Shown here: piece after piece, positions 17,963 to 28,488 of the stretch
How positions within the stretch are numbered: the first letter of the stretch is position 1
How the letters are laid out: every line of letters begins with the position of its first letter
DNA from: an uncultured Planctomycetales bacterium
GTDB lineage: Bacteria > Planctomycetota > Planctomycetia > Pirellulales > S012-138
Direction of reading: 5' to 3'
NCBI GenBank assembly: GCA_937982665.1
Contig: CALJLD010000060.1
Location: forward strand, 16,596 to 80,595
DNA: 64,000 nucleotides
Program-made: the position numbers and the translations under genes
Notes under the pieces: generated by a model
Database searches by the model: none
What the model was told of the DNA's origin: nothing
Seen by the model: the letters and a program-made list of their open reading frames with translations, nothing else

Positions 17963-19784
17963 TGCCGTCGGCTTCGTTCGATTCCGCCTCGGCGAGTTTT
18001 CTGGTGGCACTGTCAACATACTCTTGGGCCCAAGATTCGTCGGCGTAAAGAGTTTGAAGACCACGGAGGATTTGCTTGCCTTGTTCGCGGTCCTCGGCAT
18101 TTCCGTTGCTCAGAAATCGATCAGCGCGACCGAGACTCGATTCGATGAAATCTATTGCATCCTCGCGATATTCCGTCGCCGGCTCGCTGAGCTCTCCCAA
18201 CTCGTATTCGGCGGCCTCTAGATACTCAGGCAGATTCTCTATCTCATCACGGTCAATTCCCGCGGCTAGCACAACGAACGTTTGCAGCATTTCGGTTTGC
18301 CGGGTTGGCGAGAGCTGCGCATCGGTGGCACTCAAGAATAGACGCTCCAGCGGGTGCAATTTTCCGGGAGGCTTTCGACGTAATCGGTTGCGAAGATTGC
18401 GAGTGTTGGTGTTCTGTGCAAATGTGTTTTGGAAAGTACGAACTGCTTCCGCGTCCGAATGATTTGGAAAACGCTCAAGAAACTCAACGACTTTTTCCTC
18501 CACACGGTTGTATGCGTCTTCCGTGTCTTGCCCGATGGCTTGTTCAATTTCCGCATACAGATCATTAGCGCTAGGTGGTTGCATGAACCACCACACCAGG
18601 CCCAAGATGACAATCAATGCTGTCGCCAGCAAAACGATCTTTGGCCAGTTGCGAGTTGGTTCGTCGTCAGAAAGTAAGTCTTCGCCCAGGTCACTCTCAT
18701 CCACTTCCGTGTAATGAGTTGCCGGCGCAACTTCGCCTGACTCCGGATCACGGGCAACCACCGAAGCCTGTGTCGCGGCCAGATCTGAGTTCCCGGTTTG
18801 GCGAGTTGGCCCCATCAAATCGACCGAGTCGTTCTTGTGCTCGCCGGTGGCCACTCGTGTGAGTTCGATTTGTCCAGTCGCGCCAGGGTCAACGTGTGGG
18901 TCCGCGGGCGTTACGCCGGTGCCAAGTTCAAAATCACCGTCGCCTTCAGGCTTGACAATCTGTTTGGAAAGCCCCCGTTCGGTTGATTCCAAACGACGCA
19001 TCAAAACCGCGGCGTTGGAGACGCGCTCTTGCGGATCCTTTGACAACAGTTGCATGACGATGTCGTCAAACTCTCTGGGCACGTCCGCGTTGTGCCGCCG
19101 CAGCGGGTCGGGCTTGGAAAACCGCTGCATCTGCAGGACATCAACAATCGACTTGGAAACAAACGGAGGACGTCCGGCCACTAATGCGTAAAGAACTACG
19201 CCCAAGCTGTAGAGATCGCTGCGATGACTGACGGGGCGTCCGTCGGCTTGTTCGGGAGCCATGAACTCGGCGGTGCCGATAACACCGCCGGCCATGGTCA
19301 TGCCGGAGGCGCCAAACAACTTGGCGATCCCGAAATCGGAAATCTTGATTTGGCCTTCAGGCGTGATCATCAAGTTGGCAGGCTTGATATCGCGATGGAT
19401 CACGCCGCGGTCGTGCGCGTGCTTGAGCCCTTTGCACATTTGCACGCCGATTTGGGTCGCCTCGGACCAATCGAACTTTCGCCCTTTGCGAACCTCTTGC
19501 TCAAGGCTGCTGCCTTCGACAAGTTCCATTGTGTAGAAGAGTGTGCCATCCTGCTCCCCAAAGCCAAAGAGTCGCACGATGTTCTCATGCCGTAGTTTCC
19601 GCAACGTTTCAATCTCTTGTTCAAAACGCTCGCGAAAACCTTCGTCCGAGGCCAGAGACTGCGAAAGGACTTTGACCGCGACTCGCTCGCCGGAGTCTTC
19701 ATTCAGACCTGCGAAGACGGTCCCCATGCCGCCCCGGCCAAGTTGGTCACTAATGGTGTAAGGGCCAAGTTGCTTGAAATTCAT
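17955..19784 (-). CDS. Hanks-type serine/threonine protein kinase with TM helix and helical C-terminal ectodomain
   Basis: GRGGMGTVF, VAVK, HRDIKPAN, DFG, APEQ. TM helix WPKIVLLATALIVILGLVWWF, followed by about 200 aa of helical region. Confidence 0.9.
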   Translation of the reverse strand: MNFKQLGPYTISDQLGRGGMGTVFAGLNEDSGERVAVKVLSQSLASDEGFRERFEQEIETLRKLRHENIVRLFGFGEQDGTLFYTMELVEGSSLEQEVRKGRKFDWSEATQIGVQMCKGLKHAHDRGVIHRDIKPANLMITPEGQIKISDFGIAKLFGASGMTMAGGVIGTAEFMAPEQADGRPVSHRSDLYSLGVVLYALVAGRPPFVSKSIVDVLQMQRFSKPDPLRRHNADVPREFDDIVMQLLSKDPQERVSNAAVLMRRLESTERGLSKQIVKPEGDGDFELGTGVTPADPHVDPGATGQIELTRVATGEHKNDSVDLMGPTRQTGNSDLAATQASVVARDPESGEVAPATHYTEVDESDLGEDLLSDDEPTRNWPKIVLLATALIVILGLVWWFMQPPSANDLYAEIEQAIGQDTEDAYNRVEEKVVEFLERFPNHSDAEAVRTFQNTFAQNTNTRNLRNRLRRKPPGKLHPLERLFLSATDAQLSPTRQTEMLQTFVVLAAGIDRDEIENLPEYLEAAEYELGELSEPATEYREDAIDFIESSLGRADRFLSNGNAEDREQGKQILRGLQTLYADESWAQEYVDSATRKLAEAESNEADGNE

Positions 19785-19911
19785 AGCGAGTCAGTCGGCC
19801 AGCCGGAAGTCGGCCAAAGAGTACGAATGTGTGTTCACGCCCAGCATCGAGTTTATCAAGCGTCAGGCAAGAAAACACGCAGGGCAATACTCAAGCGTTT
19901 TTGCGGGGCGA

Positions 19912-20919
19912 TCACTGAACGGCCGCGAATCCTCCAATGTCCTCGGCGATTTCCGCGGCAACCTCGGCCACATCGCGATTTGCATTCATCTCCACCACAC
20001 GGCATTCACTCAGGCTTCGCAACCACGTCCGCTGGCGTTTCGCGAATCGTCGCGTGGCCGTTTGGATATCCGCAATCAATGAGTTGGAATCTTGCTGAGA
20101 ATTCAGCGTTTCAAGCAATTGCCGATAACCCACGGCCTGAGATGCTGTTCGACCCAGCGGCCCAGCAGCGGCAAGGATTCGCACTTCTTCTCGCCAGCCA
20201 CTTTCCAGCATACTTTCGACGCGACTGTTAATCCGAGGATTGAGTTCGTCGGTTGGCCAATTCAGCCAGTAGACGCGGCAGTCCTCGCGCGGGACCGGTT
20301 GGGCAAAATGGGCCGGCGTGTCACTGATGGGCCGGCCAGTGATCTTGTGGACTTCCATGGCGCGAATGACGCGTTTCAAGTCGTTGGGGTTGAGCCGCTT
20401 TGCGGATGGCGGGTCAATTTCCGCCAGCCGCGCGTGGACGGCTTCCTTCCCTTGCTCCTCCGCGATGGACTGCCAATGCTCACGGAACTCCCAATCCGGC
20501 GGAGGACCGGAATCAACGCCGCGCAACAGCCCTGTCAGATACAATGGTGTGCCGCCCACAAACAGTGACCGCTTGCCACGAGAGCTGATATCATGCATCG
20601 CCTGATGTGCAGCGGCGATGTACTGCCCCAGGCTGAATTCTTCCGACGGCGCAACCAGGTCAATCAAGTGATGCGGTACACGGTCCCGCTCCGCGACCGA
20701 AGGCTTGGCGGTGCCAACATCCATGCCGCGGTAGACGGCCATCGAGTCAAGCGAAAGGATCTCGGCATTGATCAGTTCCGCCAACTGCAAGCCCACTGCT
20801 GACTTGCCAGACGCGGTGGGTCCGGTCAAGAAGATTGCGCGCCCGCCAACAGGATTGAAAGCATCCGCCGCGGGAACATTCGCATCCGGAGATTGGTCTG
20901 GCTGTTGGCGCGAAGGCAT
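19912..20919 (-). CDS. miaA: tRNA dimethylallyltransferase
   Basis: P-loop GPTASGKS, then DSM.VYRGMDVGTAKP, HHLID and GGT.LY motifs. Confidence 0.9.
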   Translation of the reverse strand: MPSRQQPDQSPDANVPAADAFNPVGGRAIFLTGPTASGKSAVGLQLAELINAEILSLDSMAVYRGMDVGTAKPSVAERDRVPHHLIDLVAPSEEFSLGQYIAAAHQAMHDISSRGKRSLFVGGTPLYLTGLLRGVDSGPPPDWEFREHWQSIAEEQGKEAVHARLAEIDPPSAKRLNPNDLKRVIRAMEVHKITGRPISDTPAHFAQPVPREDCRVYWLNWPTDELNPRINSRVESMLESGWREEVRILAAAGPLGRTASQAVGYRQLLETLNSQQDSNSLIADIQTATRRFAKRQRTWLRSLSECRVVEMNANRDVAEVAAEIAEDIGGFAAVQ

Positions 20920-21036
20920 ACAGAGCGGCCGAGCATCTTAGCTGGCGGAAAAGCAGAGTCGTTGAGGCGCAGCTTGCGCCAAACCGCTATCCTAGCCAGC
21001 CAAGCAGCTTTTCGCGACTGATTGAGACACTGTGGG

Positions 21037-21540
21037 CTAGGGTGTTGCCTGCTCGCCAACTTTTGCCGCAGCGACGAAATCATCCGTCAACCTCAAGAGA
21101 ACCTCGCGCGTAACCTCGGCATCCAACGGAGTGCGGCTTGTGCCGCCGGGAGTGTTCTTCCACCGGCGAAGTTCAATATTCCCGCCATTGCGGACCAGCA
21201 TTTCATAATACACGGTCCCGTCATCGTCCTTGCGCGGCGGAATCGAGCGCAATTGCACGACGGCGCCTTCGGAATCAATCTCGATAGGCCCAATTGCTTC
21301 GAGCAGATATGTCACGCGATCCGAAAGATCCTGCGAGACTTTCTTTAACGTCTCCGTCGCCGCACCACGAATCCGCTCGGTCTGCAGGGCCATCCGCTTA
21401 AACGCGCAGGCGATGCTGTCCAACGCGGTCAGATCAACCTCAAGGTTATCAACGTCATGCGCTAAGGTGAGATTCGCAGGCGCCGGGAGCGGTGTCGGCT
21501 GCGTGGAAAGAGCGCTGGCGAGTTGTTGACGAAGACTCAT
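21037..21540 (-). CDS. hypothetical protein (167 aa), last gene of the prkA-type operon
   Basis: ATG at 21538-21540, only 29 nt downstream of the spoVR-like stop. No recognisable motif. Confidence 0.5.
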   Translation of the reverse strand: MSLRQQLASALSTQPTPLPAPANLTLAHDVDNLEVDLTALDSIACAFKRMALQTERIRGAATETLKKVSQDLSDRVTYLLEAIGPIEIDSEGAVVQLRSIPPRKDDDGTVYYEMLVRNGGNIELRRWKNTPGGTSRTPLDAEVTREVLLRLTDDFVAAAKVGEQATP

Positions 21541-21569
21541 GGGATGGCCTCTTCTTCTGGCCGCAGTTT

Positions 21570-23105
21570 CTAGTTGGCGGCGGCCGTGGATTTCTCCTTG
21601 GTCACTTGGTGTTCCGTTCCGTCATACGACACGATGCAGAATTCCTCTTCCAATTGTGATTCAATGTGGACGGGGCGTCTCCAAAGTGCATACAGATTTG
21701 AGAGCGTGTCTTTGGCATAAGCCAGGTCAAGCTCCACACCTTCAAAACGATGTTCCAAATAGAGTTCGCCACGGTTCTTGTGGTTCGCGTCTCGCACATA
21801 AATATGCGGACGGCCGCGGTTGGTAAGTCCAAACAACAGTCGCTGCTTGATCTGCTGGAACTCACGGCTCTCTAATTCGTAGTAATCGGACCGTTTGTTG
21901 TAGGCAAACGAGAAAAGGTTTTGCCGGCGGCAGAATTCTGGCGTCAGGAAGGTGTCAATAAACGTGATATCGTTGTGGACCTGGCGGACTTCAAAGATCT
22001 TCTCCCGGCCCAAACCGGCTTCCGTATTCCACTGCTCCTGCTTCCGCCAGTCGTCACATTCCTCGAACTCTTTGCCGAATTTGCCCCGGTTCCAGCGATC
22101 TTCGATATCGCGGAACAACTCCAAGCCCAGCTTGTAGGGGTTCAAGCGGCCGGGTTGTGTGGCCAAAGTTCCGGCTGTGTGGTCGGCATAGTTGATGACA
22201 TCCGCCGGCTCCAAGCCGTGGCGAGTCATGATGGTTGAGTGCCAATAGGTCGCCCAACCCTCGTTCATGATCTTGGTCTGACCCTGCGGCGCGAAGTAAT
22301 AGGCTTCGTCGCGAATGATCGAAAGCACATCCGCCTGCCAGGGTTTGAGCGGCGCATGCTCGATGAGGAATTGGACGACATCGCGGCGCGGTTTTGCGGG
22401 AAAACGCTCTTCTTGAGCCTGCAGCTCTTCTCGCCGTGCGTCTTGTTCTGCCTTGAGGACGTCCGGCGGATTGATGAACCGGTCCATGTACTGCTTGGCC
22501 TTAAACTTGCCATCGGCATCGTCCCCGTCGCCTTCTGCGGCTGACGAGAAATCATAGCGGTTGGCCGGCCCTTCATCGCGTTTGATGAAGGGAGAGTAGA
22601 TGTCGATCAAGTCTTCCAAGCTAAGGCAAGCGTCAATGAATGTCTCAACCTCTTCAACGCCAAAACGGTCCATGTAACGGCGGATGCGATTGCCGTGATT
22701 GGCCATCTCATCCATCATCTTGCGATTGGTCTGACTGAACCACTGGTTGTTCTTAAAGAAATCGCAGTGACCGTAAACGTGAGCCATGACCAACTTCTGA
22801 TCGGTCAGCTCGTTGGATTTCATCAAGTAGGCGTAACACGGATTGTTGTTGATCACCAACTCGTAGATCTTCTGCAGCCCATAAGAGTAGCCTTTGGAAA
22901 GCTGCTCGTACTCCATGCCAAAACGCCAGTGGGGATAGCGCGTGGGGAAGCCACCGTATGCAGCAATGGCGTTGAGCTGGTCATGATCGACGAGTTCGAA
23001 GATCGTCGGAAAGAAATCCAGGCCATACTTCTTGGCGTACGCTTCAATTTCCCGCTGGATGTTGCGGAGTTCCTCAGTCAACGGAGTGAAGGAGTGAAGC
23101 GCCAT
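21570..23105 (-). CDS. SpoVR/YcgB family protein
   Basis: 511 aa. N-terminus [21 protein letters not shown]...MEYEQL, then [12 protein letters not shown] and NEGWATYWH, all characteristic of SpoVR. Confidence 0.9.
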   Translation of the reverse strand: MALHSFTPLTEELRNIQREIEAYAKKYGLDFFPTIFELVDHDQLNAIAAYGGFPTRYPHWRFGMEYEQLSKGYSYGLQKIYELVINNNPCYAYLMKSNELTDQKLVMAHVYGHCDFFKNNQWFSQTNRKMMDEMANHGNRIRRYMDRFGVEEVETFIDACLSLEDLIDIYSPFIKRDEGPANRYDFSSAAEGDGDDADGKFKAKQYMDRFINPPDVLKAEQDARREELQAQEERFPAKPRRDVVQFLIEHAPLKPWQADVLSIIRDEAYYFAPQGQTKIMNEGWATYWHSTIMTRHGLEPADVINYADHTAGTLATQPGRLNPYKLGLELFRDIEDRWNRGKFGKEFEECDDWRKQEQWNTEAGLGREKIFEVRQVHNDITFIDTFLTPEFCRRQNLFSFAYNKRSDYYELESREFQQIKQRLLFGLTNRGRPHIYVRDANHKNRGELYLEHRFEGVELDLAYAKDTLSNLYALWRRPVHIESQLEEEFCIVSYDGTEHQVTKEKSTAAAN

Positions 23106-23172
23106 GGGGCATTCTGTTGATGTTTCGAATTCGCAGGCTGGTTGGACGCAATATGCAAACCGTGCTTTGAAA

Positions 23173-23376
23173 TCAGCCTAATTGGCGAATATCAAAGTCG
23201 GTGTCTTGCATGTCGTAGATCTGGTCCCACAAGCGCGGCAGGTCCATGCCAAGTTTGCGGCGGGCAATTCGCAGGGCCTCGGCTTCGCTTGCGGCTTCAA
23301 CGACAAGGCAATGATGTCCGACTTGGACTTCGTACTTGCGCTGTTGCGGTTCGGGTTGACGGTTGTTCGCGTTCAT
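23173..23376 (-). CDS. small hypothetical protein (67 aa) between the yeaH-like and spoVR-like genes
   Basis: In-frame ATG at 23374-23376 inside the 120-aa track ORF, whose longer form would overlap yeaH. Sequence: [67 protein letters not shown]. Codon usage looks native. Both flanks are 67-nt gaps. Confidence 0.45.
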   Translation of the reverse strand: MNANNRQPEPQQRKYEVQVGHHCLVVEAASEAEALRIARRKLGMDLPRLWDQIYDMQDTDFDIRQLG

Positions 23377-23443
23377 CGGTGTGACAAACAGTTGCTCTCG
23401 GGATGAAATCGATCTTTGTTGACTGCTCGTAGTTCGTTGCGGC

Positions 23444-24547
23444 TTACTTGCCCTTGCCAAGGAAAGTCTTGATGGAGTCAAAAATCGCTTCCTTGTCTTC
23501 GATCTCTGACAGCACGACATTCTCGGTATCGCCAAGGCCTTCGCTCAGGGCGCGAATGTACTCGCCGGAACCGTAAGGGCTTTCGACCTGTCCGTAGCAA
23601 AACAGATTGACGTGCGGGACGATGCCGTCACGCAAGATCTGCAAGGCTTGTTCGTTGTCTTCGCCCCAGTTGTCTCCGTCAGAGAACTGGAAACAGTAGA
23701 TGTTCCAATCCGCGGCTGGAAACTCGCGCTCGATCAGTTGCGCGGCCACCTTATATGCGGCGCTGATCCGTGTGCCGCCGCTTTCGCGCGTGTGATAGAA
23801 CGTGTGCTCGTCAACTTCCTTGGCGGCTGCGTCATGGATGATGTAACGCTGTTCAACGCCGTCGTAGTTGGACTTCAGCCACGTATCGATCCAAAAACTC
23901 TCAGTGCGGACAATCTCCTTTTGCTCGTCAGTCATCGAACCGGAGACATCCATCATGTAGATGATTGCCGCGTTGGCGACCGGCTCCATCTTCACGTCCC
24001 ACGACCGATAGCGTTTGTCTTCGCGAATGGGAACGACAATCGGCCGTCGCGCGTCATATTTGCTCGAGGCAATTTGCCGACGCAACGCCTGCACGTAAGT
24101 ACGCTTGAAATGCCGTAGCGATTCCGGCCCGGTACGGCGGATGCTGTTGTAGCGGGCTTTCTCTTCACTGACGGTTTCTTTGCCTTTGGGTTCAATCCGT
24201 GGCAATTCCAACTCATCGCCCAGGATTTCCGCCAGCTCTTCCAAACTGACTTCAACCTCCAAGATGTGACCGCCGGGGGTATCTCCGGCTTGCCCTTGTC
24301 CCTGTTGCCCTTGCCCAGGACCGAGCGGATCACCCGGCTCGCCTTCTCCTTGTCCAGCCCCACCGGCACCGTTATCGCCAAAGCGAAAATGCGGCGTATC
24401 AAGCTGAGGCAGCGGAATGCTGACGAGATCCTTCCCCTTACGGCCAATCATTTCGCCGTGGGTGACGTACTTCTTCAGATTCTCGCGGATCTTGCCGCGA
24501 ACAATCTGGCGGAAGCGATTCTGATCTCGTTCGATCTTGAGGGACAT
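23444..24547 (-). CDS. YeaH/YhbH family protein (DUF444, vWA-like)
   Basis: Motifs [20 protein letters not shown], a G/Q-rich linker, and the MIDAS-like MMDVSGSM. Confidence 0.9.
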   Translation of the reverse strand: MSLKIERDQNRFRQIVRGKIRENLKKYVTHGEMIGRKGKDLVSIPLPQLDTPHFRFGDNGAGGAGQGEGEPGDPLGPGQGQQGQGQAGDTPGGHILEVEVSLEELAEILGDELELPRIEPKGKETVSEEKARYNSIRRTGPESLRHFKRTYVQALRRQIASSKYDARRPIVVPIREDKRYRSWDVKMEPVANAAIIYMMDVSGSMTDEQKEIVRTESFWIDTWLKSNYDGVEQRYIIHDAAAKEVDEHTFYHTRESGGTRISAAYKVAAQLIEREFPAADWNIYCFQFSDGDNWGEDNEQALQILRDGIVPHVNLFCYGQVESPYGSGEYIRALSEGLGDTENVVLSEIEDKEAIFDSIKTFLGKGK

Positions 24548-24758
24548 TGGTCAGTGAGTCAGGAGTTTGTGGTTCAGGAGGATGAACTTCGCTTTCGTTG
24601 TTTGGCCAGTTGTTCTTGTAAGTGGATGTATTGCGAGCGGGCCGCAACGCTTTGGCCATAAGCGCCTCGGCAACCGTTCTTTGCGTGGGCGAGCCCCCCG
24701 CAGCTTCCGCCCTATGTTGCGTTGGTAACAACTGTGAGGGCGCTCGCTCCGGTCTCGC

Positions 24759-26801
24759 CTAACTCTTGGTATCCCCGCGGGCGAAGATGCTGGCCACATA
24801 GTTGAGCACGTCCGTCGCGCTTTCGTCGTCGTACCCAAAGTCACGGATCAACCGGCTCTTAACGACGTCAATCTTTGCTTGCGTGTCGGCATCGACCACG
24901 TTGGAAACCAGGCTCGAGAGCTTGATGGAATCCTTCTGGTCTTCAAACAGCTTGAGCTCCAAGGCCTTGTGCAGGCGCTCATTGGTCTTGTAGTCAAACT
25001 TCTTGCCGTCGATCGACAAGGCGCCGATGTAGTTCATGATTTCGCGACGGAAATCATCCTTGCGGCTTTCCGGGATGTCGATCTTCTCTTCGATCGACCG
25101 CATCAGGCGTTCATCCGGCTCTTCGTACTGCCCGGTGAACTTGTTCTTGACCTTCTCGTGCTGAGTGTAGGCCTTGATGTTGTCGATGTAGTTGGCACAC
25201 AGCCGCTTCAAGGCGTCCTCATCGGCGGCGATCGCCCGTTGGACCTCGTTCTTGACGATGTTCTCGTACTCCTCTTTGACAACACCCAGCAGATCGCGGT
25301 AGTGCTGCTTGAGTTCGTCATTGTTAATCAGCGAATGATGCTTCAAACCGGCTTCCAGTTCATTGAGCACCATGAAGGGGTTGATGCTCTTGGAGTCCGC
25401 GTGGGCAACCAGCGCGTTGGAGATCTTGTCTTGCACATAGCGCGGGGAAATGCCTTGCAACCCTTCGTAAATGGCTTCTTCCCGCAGTTCCTTAATGTTC
25501 TCTTCCGTGAAACCTGGCAGTGTCTTGCCGTTATAGAGCTTGAGCTTCTGCATCAGCGTCAAGCCGGCGTTCTTTGGCTCTTCCAACCGAGTGAGCACAG
25601 CCCACATGGCCGCCATCTCAATGGTGTGCGGAGCGATGTGCTTGCCTTTGACCTTTTCGTTGTTGTAGTCCTTCTCGTAGATGTGGATTTCATCGTTGAG
25701 TCGGGTGACGTAGGGAATGTCGATCTTCACCGTTCGGTCGCGAAGAGCTTCCATGAACTCGTTGCTCTGCAAGCGGCGATACTCGGGCTCATTGGTATGG
25801 CCGATGATCACTTCATCGATATCTGTCTGGGCGAACTTCTTCGGCTTGACCTTATGTTCCTGGCTTGCGCCAAGCAGGTCATAGAGGAAGGCCACGTCCA
25901 GCTTGAGGACTTCGACAAACTCGACCACGCCTCGGTTGGCGACGTTGAACTCGCCATCAAAGTTGAAGGCGCGCGGGTCGCTGTCGCTGCCGTACTCGGC
26001 GATCTTGCGATAGTTGATGTCGCCGGTGAGTTCCGTGGAGTCCTGGTTCTTTTCATCCTTCGGTTGGAAGGTTCCAATGCCCACGCGATCTTTCTCGCTG
26101 AGGATGACGCGGCGAACGCGCACGTCTTCCAACACGCGCGGCCAATCACCGCCGTATCGCTTCAGCCGCTCCGCATAGATGAAGCGGCAGAACGGGCAGA
26201 GTTCGCCTTCGATGCGGACGTGATAGTCGTTCTCGGCTTGGTTCTCGTTGAGGTTGGCTGCCACATCGCCGCGGAAGCGCTCAGGCATGATGTGCAACGG
26301 CTCCTCATTCATCGGGCACCAATGCACAGCGGACTCGTCCTCCAGGTCTTTCCAACCGATGGAGTACAAAGCGCCTTCGTCAGATTGCGAGTATCGCTCC
26401 AGCCCCTTCTTGATGATGCGAACAATTGTGCTCTTGGAACTGCCGACAGGTCCGTGCAAGAGGAGCACGCGACGTTCTATGCCATAGCCCTTGGCGGCAC
26501 TCTTGAGCGCGTTGACCAGGTCCGCCAATGCGGTGTCGATGCCGAAGACGGCATCCCGCCCATGATTGTCCGGGTCCGAGAAGAAGCGATATTGGATCCG
26601 CTTCTCGCGGCCGTGTTCATAATCGACGGTGCCGTACGACATGATCATGTCGTACATGCGCTCATAAGCGTTTCGCGTCACTTGCGGGTTCTGCTTCACA
26701 ATATCCAGGTATTCCGCGAAGCTTCCTTCCCAGATCTTCTTGCGGAACTGGTCCAAGTCCTGGCGCGAAGCCACAAGGTTGATGATGTCGATTCCAGTCA
26801 T
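24759..26801 (-). CDS. prkA: PrkA family serine protein kinase (AAA+ N-domain)
   Basis: Walker [14 protein letters not shown], and length and sequence typical of PrkA/YeaG. Start refined to the ATG at 26801 behind GGGAG. Confidence 0.9.
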   Translation of the reverse strand: MTGIDIINLVASRQDLDQFRKKIWEGSFAEYLDIVKQNPQVTRNAYERMYDMIMSYGTVDYEHGREKRIQYRFFSDPDNHGRDAVFGIDTALADLVNALKSAAKGYGIERRVLLLHGPVGSSKSTIVRIIKKGLERYSQSDEGALYSIGWKDLEDESAVHWCPMNEEPLHIMPERFRGDVAANLNENQAENDYHVRIEGELCPFCRFIYAERLKRYGGDWPRVLEDVRVRRVILSEKDRVGIGTFQPKDEKNQDSTELTGDINYRKIAEYGSDSDPRAFNFDGEFNVANRGVVEFVEVLKLDVAFLYDLLGASQEHKVKPKKFAQTDIDEVIIGHTNEPEYRRLQSNEFMEALRDRTVKIDIPYVTRLNDEIHIYEKDYNNEKVKGKHIAPHTIEMAAMWAVLTRLEEPKNAGLTLMQKLKLYNGKTLPGFTEENIKELREEAIYEGLQGISPRYVQDKISNALVAHADSKSINPFMVLNELEAGLKHHSLINNDELKQHYRDLLGVVKEEYENIVKNEVQRAIAADEDALKRLCANYIDNIKAYTQHEKVKNKFTGQYEEPDERLMRSIEEKIDIPESRKDDFRREIMNYIGALSIDGKKFDYKTNERLHKALELKLFEDQKDSIKLSSLVSNVVDADTQAKIDVVKSRLIRDFGYDDESATDVLNYVASIFARGDTKS

Positions 26802-27491
26802 CTTGCTCCCTTTGTTCCTTGCCGCTGGCAACCTCTTGATTGCCAGTTGGCGATGGTTTGCCGCCTTCTTTTGTTTTTTGTGATCTGTTGGCGAGTTCGT
26901 GCGACTTTCTGGAAACGTGTGACGACCTCACTCCGAAATTTACGTCGCGCAGCCGCTTGCCTTCGGCGAAATCTCGGAACAGGGGGTGAATTGCTTGTTT
27001 CGCGGCGCGCAGCGGCGAATGACGGACCTCTCAAGGGCGTCATCCCCATCAAGAAGTGGCGCATTTTGCTACACCAGAGCGTGCAATCCGCACGGAATTG
27101 ACTTCCGCGCAGCCGCGCGCGTCAGATGGGACGCAGAGAGAATCCGAATTTGCGCAGCAGCGAATGCCGCGAAACTCGCTTGGGGGATTGCAAAAGATCG
27201 TTGCTGAGCGGGTGTGACAATCAGGCAGGTCTGGGGATTTCCGCTCAATCAGTTACGGAACGTCCTTGCGCCGCGCTGAGCGTTGCTTGTCACCGTCGAT
27301 TCTGCTCAACCACTTGTAGTATTGCTCGCACCCTGGGGGCAGGCAATACCAACCGGTGTTGCCAAAAAGCATCAACTGGGAACGCCGGTGCAGCGGAGAT
27401 CACTGCATAAGACATTGATAAATAATGACTTACGAGATCAACTCCGCGAGAGTTTTTCGCCGCCGGAATCTTCTCAAAAGTGTGTACTTTG

Positions 27492-27875
27492 TCAGGCAAA
27501 CGCCTTTTCCACAGATTCCAACAACCTGTCCATGGCGAACGGTTTACGGATGTAATCCGTCACTCCCAGCATCTCCGCATAGGCCTTGTGGCGACTCCCT
27601 TCGTTGGCCGTGATCATGATGACGGGGATTTGCCGCCCTTCGTTGCGACGCAGCTTCTCAAGCACCAGAAAGCCGCTGCGCTTGGGCATCATCATGTCCA
27701 AGATCACCAGGCCAGGGAGTTCGTGCTCGGCCAGGGCCAAACCCTGGTTTCCGTCTCGGGCAATCTTCACTTGATAGCCGCGAGACTCCAAAGCCAGACG
27801 CACCGATTCAACAATTTCGCGGTCGTCATCGACGACCAGCACGGTGCGGTCACCGTCATCATTTTCATTAGCCAT
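27492..27875 (-). CDS. single-domain response regulator (CheY-like receiver)
   Basis: 127 aa with VLVVDDD, a phospho-acceptor context LVILDMMMP, the T position in VIMITA, and the conserved K in IRKPF. Confidence 0.9.
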   Translation of the reverse strand: MANENDDGDRTVLVVDDDREIVESVRLALESRGYQVKIARDGNQGLALAEHELPGLVILDMMMPKRSGFLVLEKLRRNEGRQIPVIMITANEGSRHKAYAEMLGVTDYIRKPFAMDRLLESVEKAFA

Positions 27876-28145
27876 CTGCGCATCCAGAAAACGCCGTCCC
27901 TAACGTCATGCACCAATCAGGTGAAATCAGTATCGTCCACCTGATCAAGATTGCAAGCGCTGGACGGTGCTCTGCACTAACCATGGCTGCGCGCAAACAT
28001 CAGGCCTCACCTCTGCTGTAAAGCATTGGCGCGTGGCTGGCCGCGTGCATAGAGCAATCTCCTCCGGACCCTACGCCCGCCCCGCCGGCCAGCCTCGCGC
28101 CAATTGGCGAATCCTCAACGCGAAACAGGTTTCTTTGAGCTCATT

Positions 28146-28169
28146 GTGAGAGCTATCGTGAGAGCTATC
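28146..28169. repeat. 12-nt tandem duplication (GTGAGAGCTATC x2) spanning the stop codon of the 28165-28488 gene
   Basis: Read directly. Unit 1 is 28146-28157, unit 2 is 28158-28169, followed by a partial GTG. Confidence 0.8.
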
Positions 28170-28488
28170 GTGCGGTGTCTTTCTCGCTGATCTCCTCTTG
28201 TTGTCGGATCAAATTGCGCCGTACGAGCCCCAGTTCGTGTCTTGCTGCCCCAAATTCTTGATGTGTTTGCATTCGCTCGGCCTTGCGCAATCCGCGAACA
28301 ACCGACGAACGCTGGGTTTCTGTCAGCGGCAATTGCCCCACAAGGTCCAAGGCCGTGAGGAAATGCCGCGAAATGTCCAGCGGTTGTTGGGCCAAGGCGA
28401 TGAGCTGTGAGACAATCCCAATCGATGTTTCGAACAAGTTATTCCTCGCATTGATCGCCGATTGGACGACGCCGCCGACAGTCCCCAT
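28165..28488 (-). CDS. hypothetical helical protein (107 aa)
   Basis: ATG at 28486-28488. Divergent from the ECF sigma gene. No TM helix and no recognisable motif. Confidence 0.45.
   Translation of the reverse strand: MGTVGGVVQSAINARNNLFETSIGIVSQLIALAQQPLDISRHFLTALDLVGQLPLTETQRSSVVRGLRKAERMQTHQEFGAARHELGLVRRNLIRQQEEISEKDTAR

Noticed and set aside
27057-27070. Sigma54-like TGGC motifs: TGGCGCATTTTGCT here, TGGCACGCATTAGCC at 44851-44865, and TGGCACGCAGCGG at 60677-60689.
   Set aside because: The spacing between the GG and GC elements is wrong (8-9 nt instead of 10), or the -12 TTGC element is missing. The first is also on the wrong strand for prkA.
24879-27101. A 740-aa plus-strand ORF, the longest in its region. 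Similar long antisense ORFs occur at 3043-4212, 61188-62042 and 46318-47106.
   Set aside because: Each lies antisense to a gene with unmistakable motifs (PrkA, methyltransferase, MetG, the Tat protein). The translations are Arg/Leu/Val/Asp-rich with no motifs, which is the typical stop-poor antisense frame of GC-rich DNA.
28146-28169. A 12-nt tandem duplication, considered as a possible mini-array or CRISPR-like repeat.
   Set aside because: There are only two units with no spacers. It simply duplicates the 3' end and stop context of the 107-aa ORF. I list it as a repeat feature but attach no functional claim.
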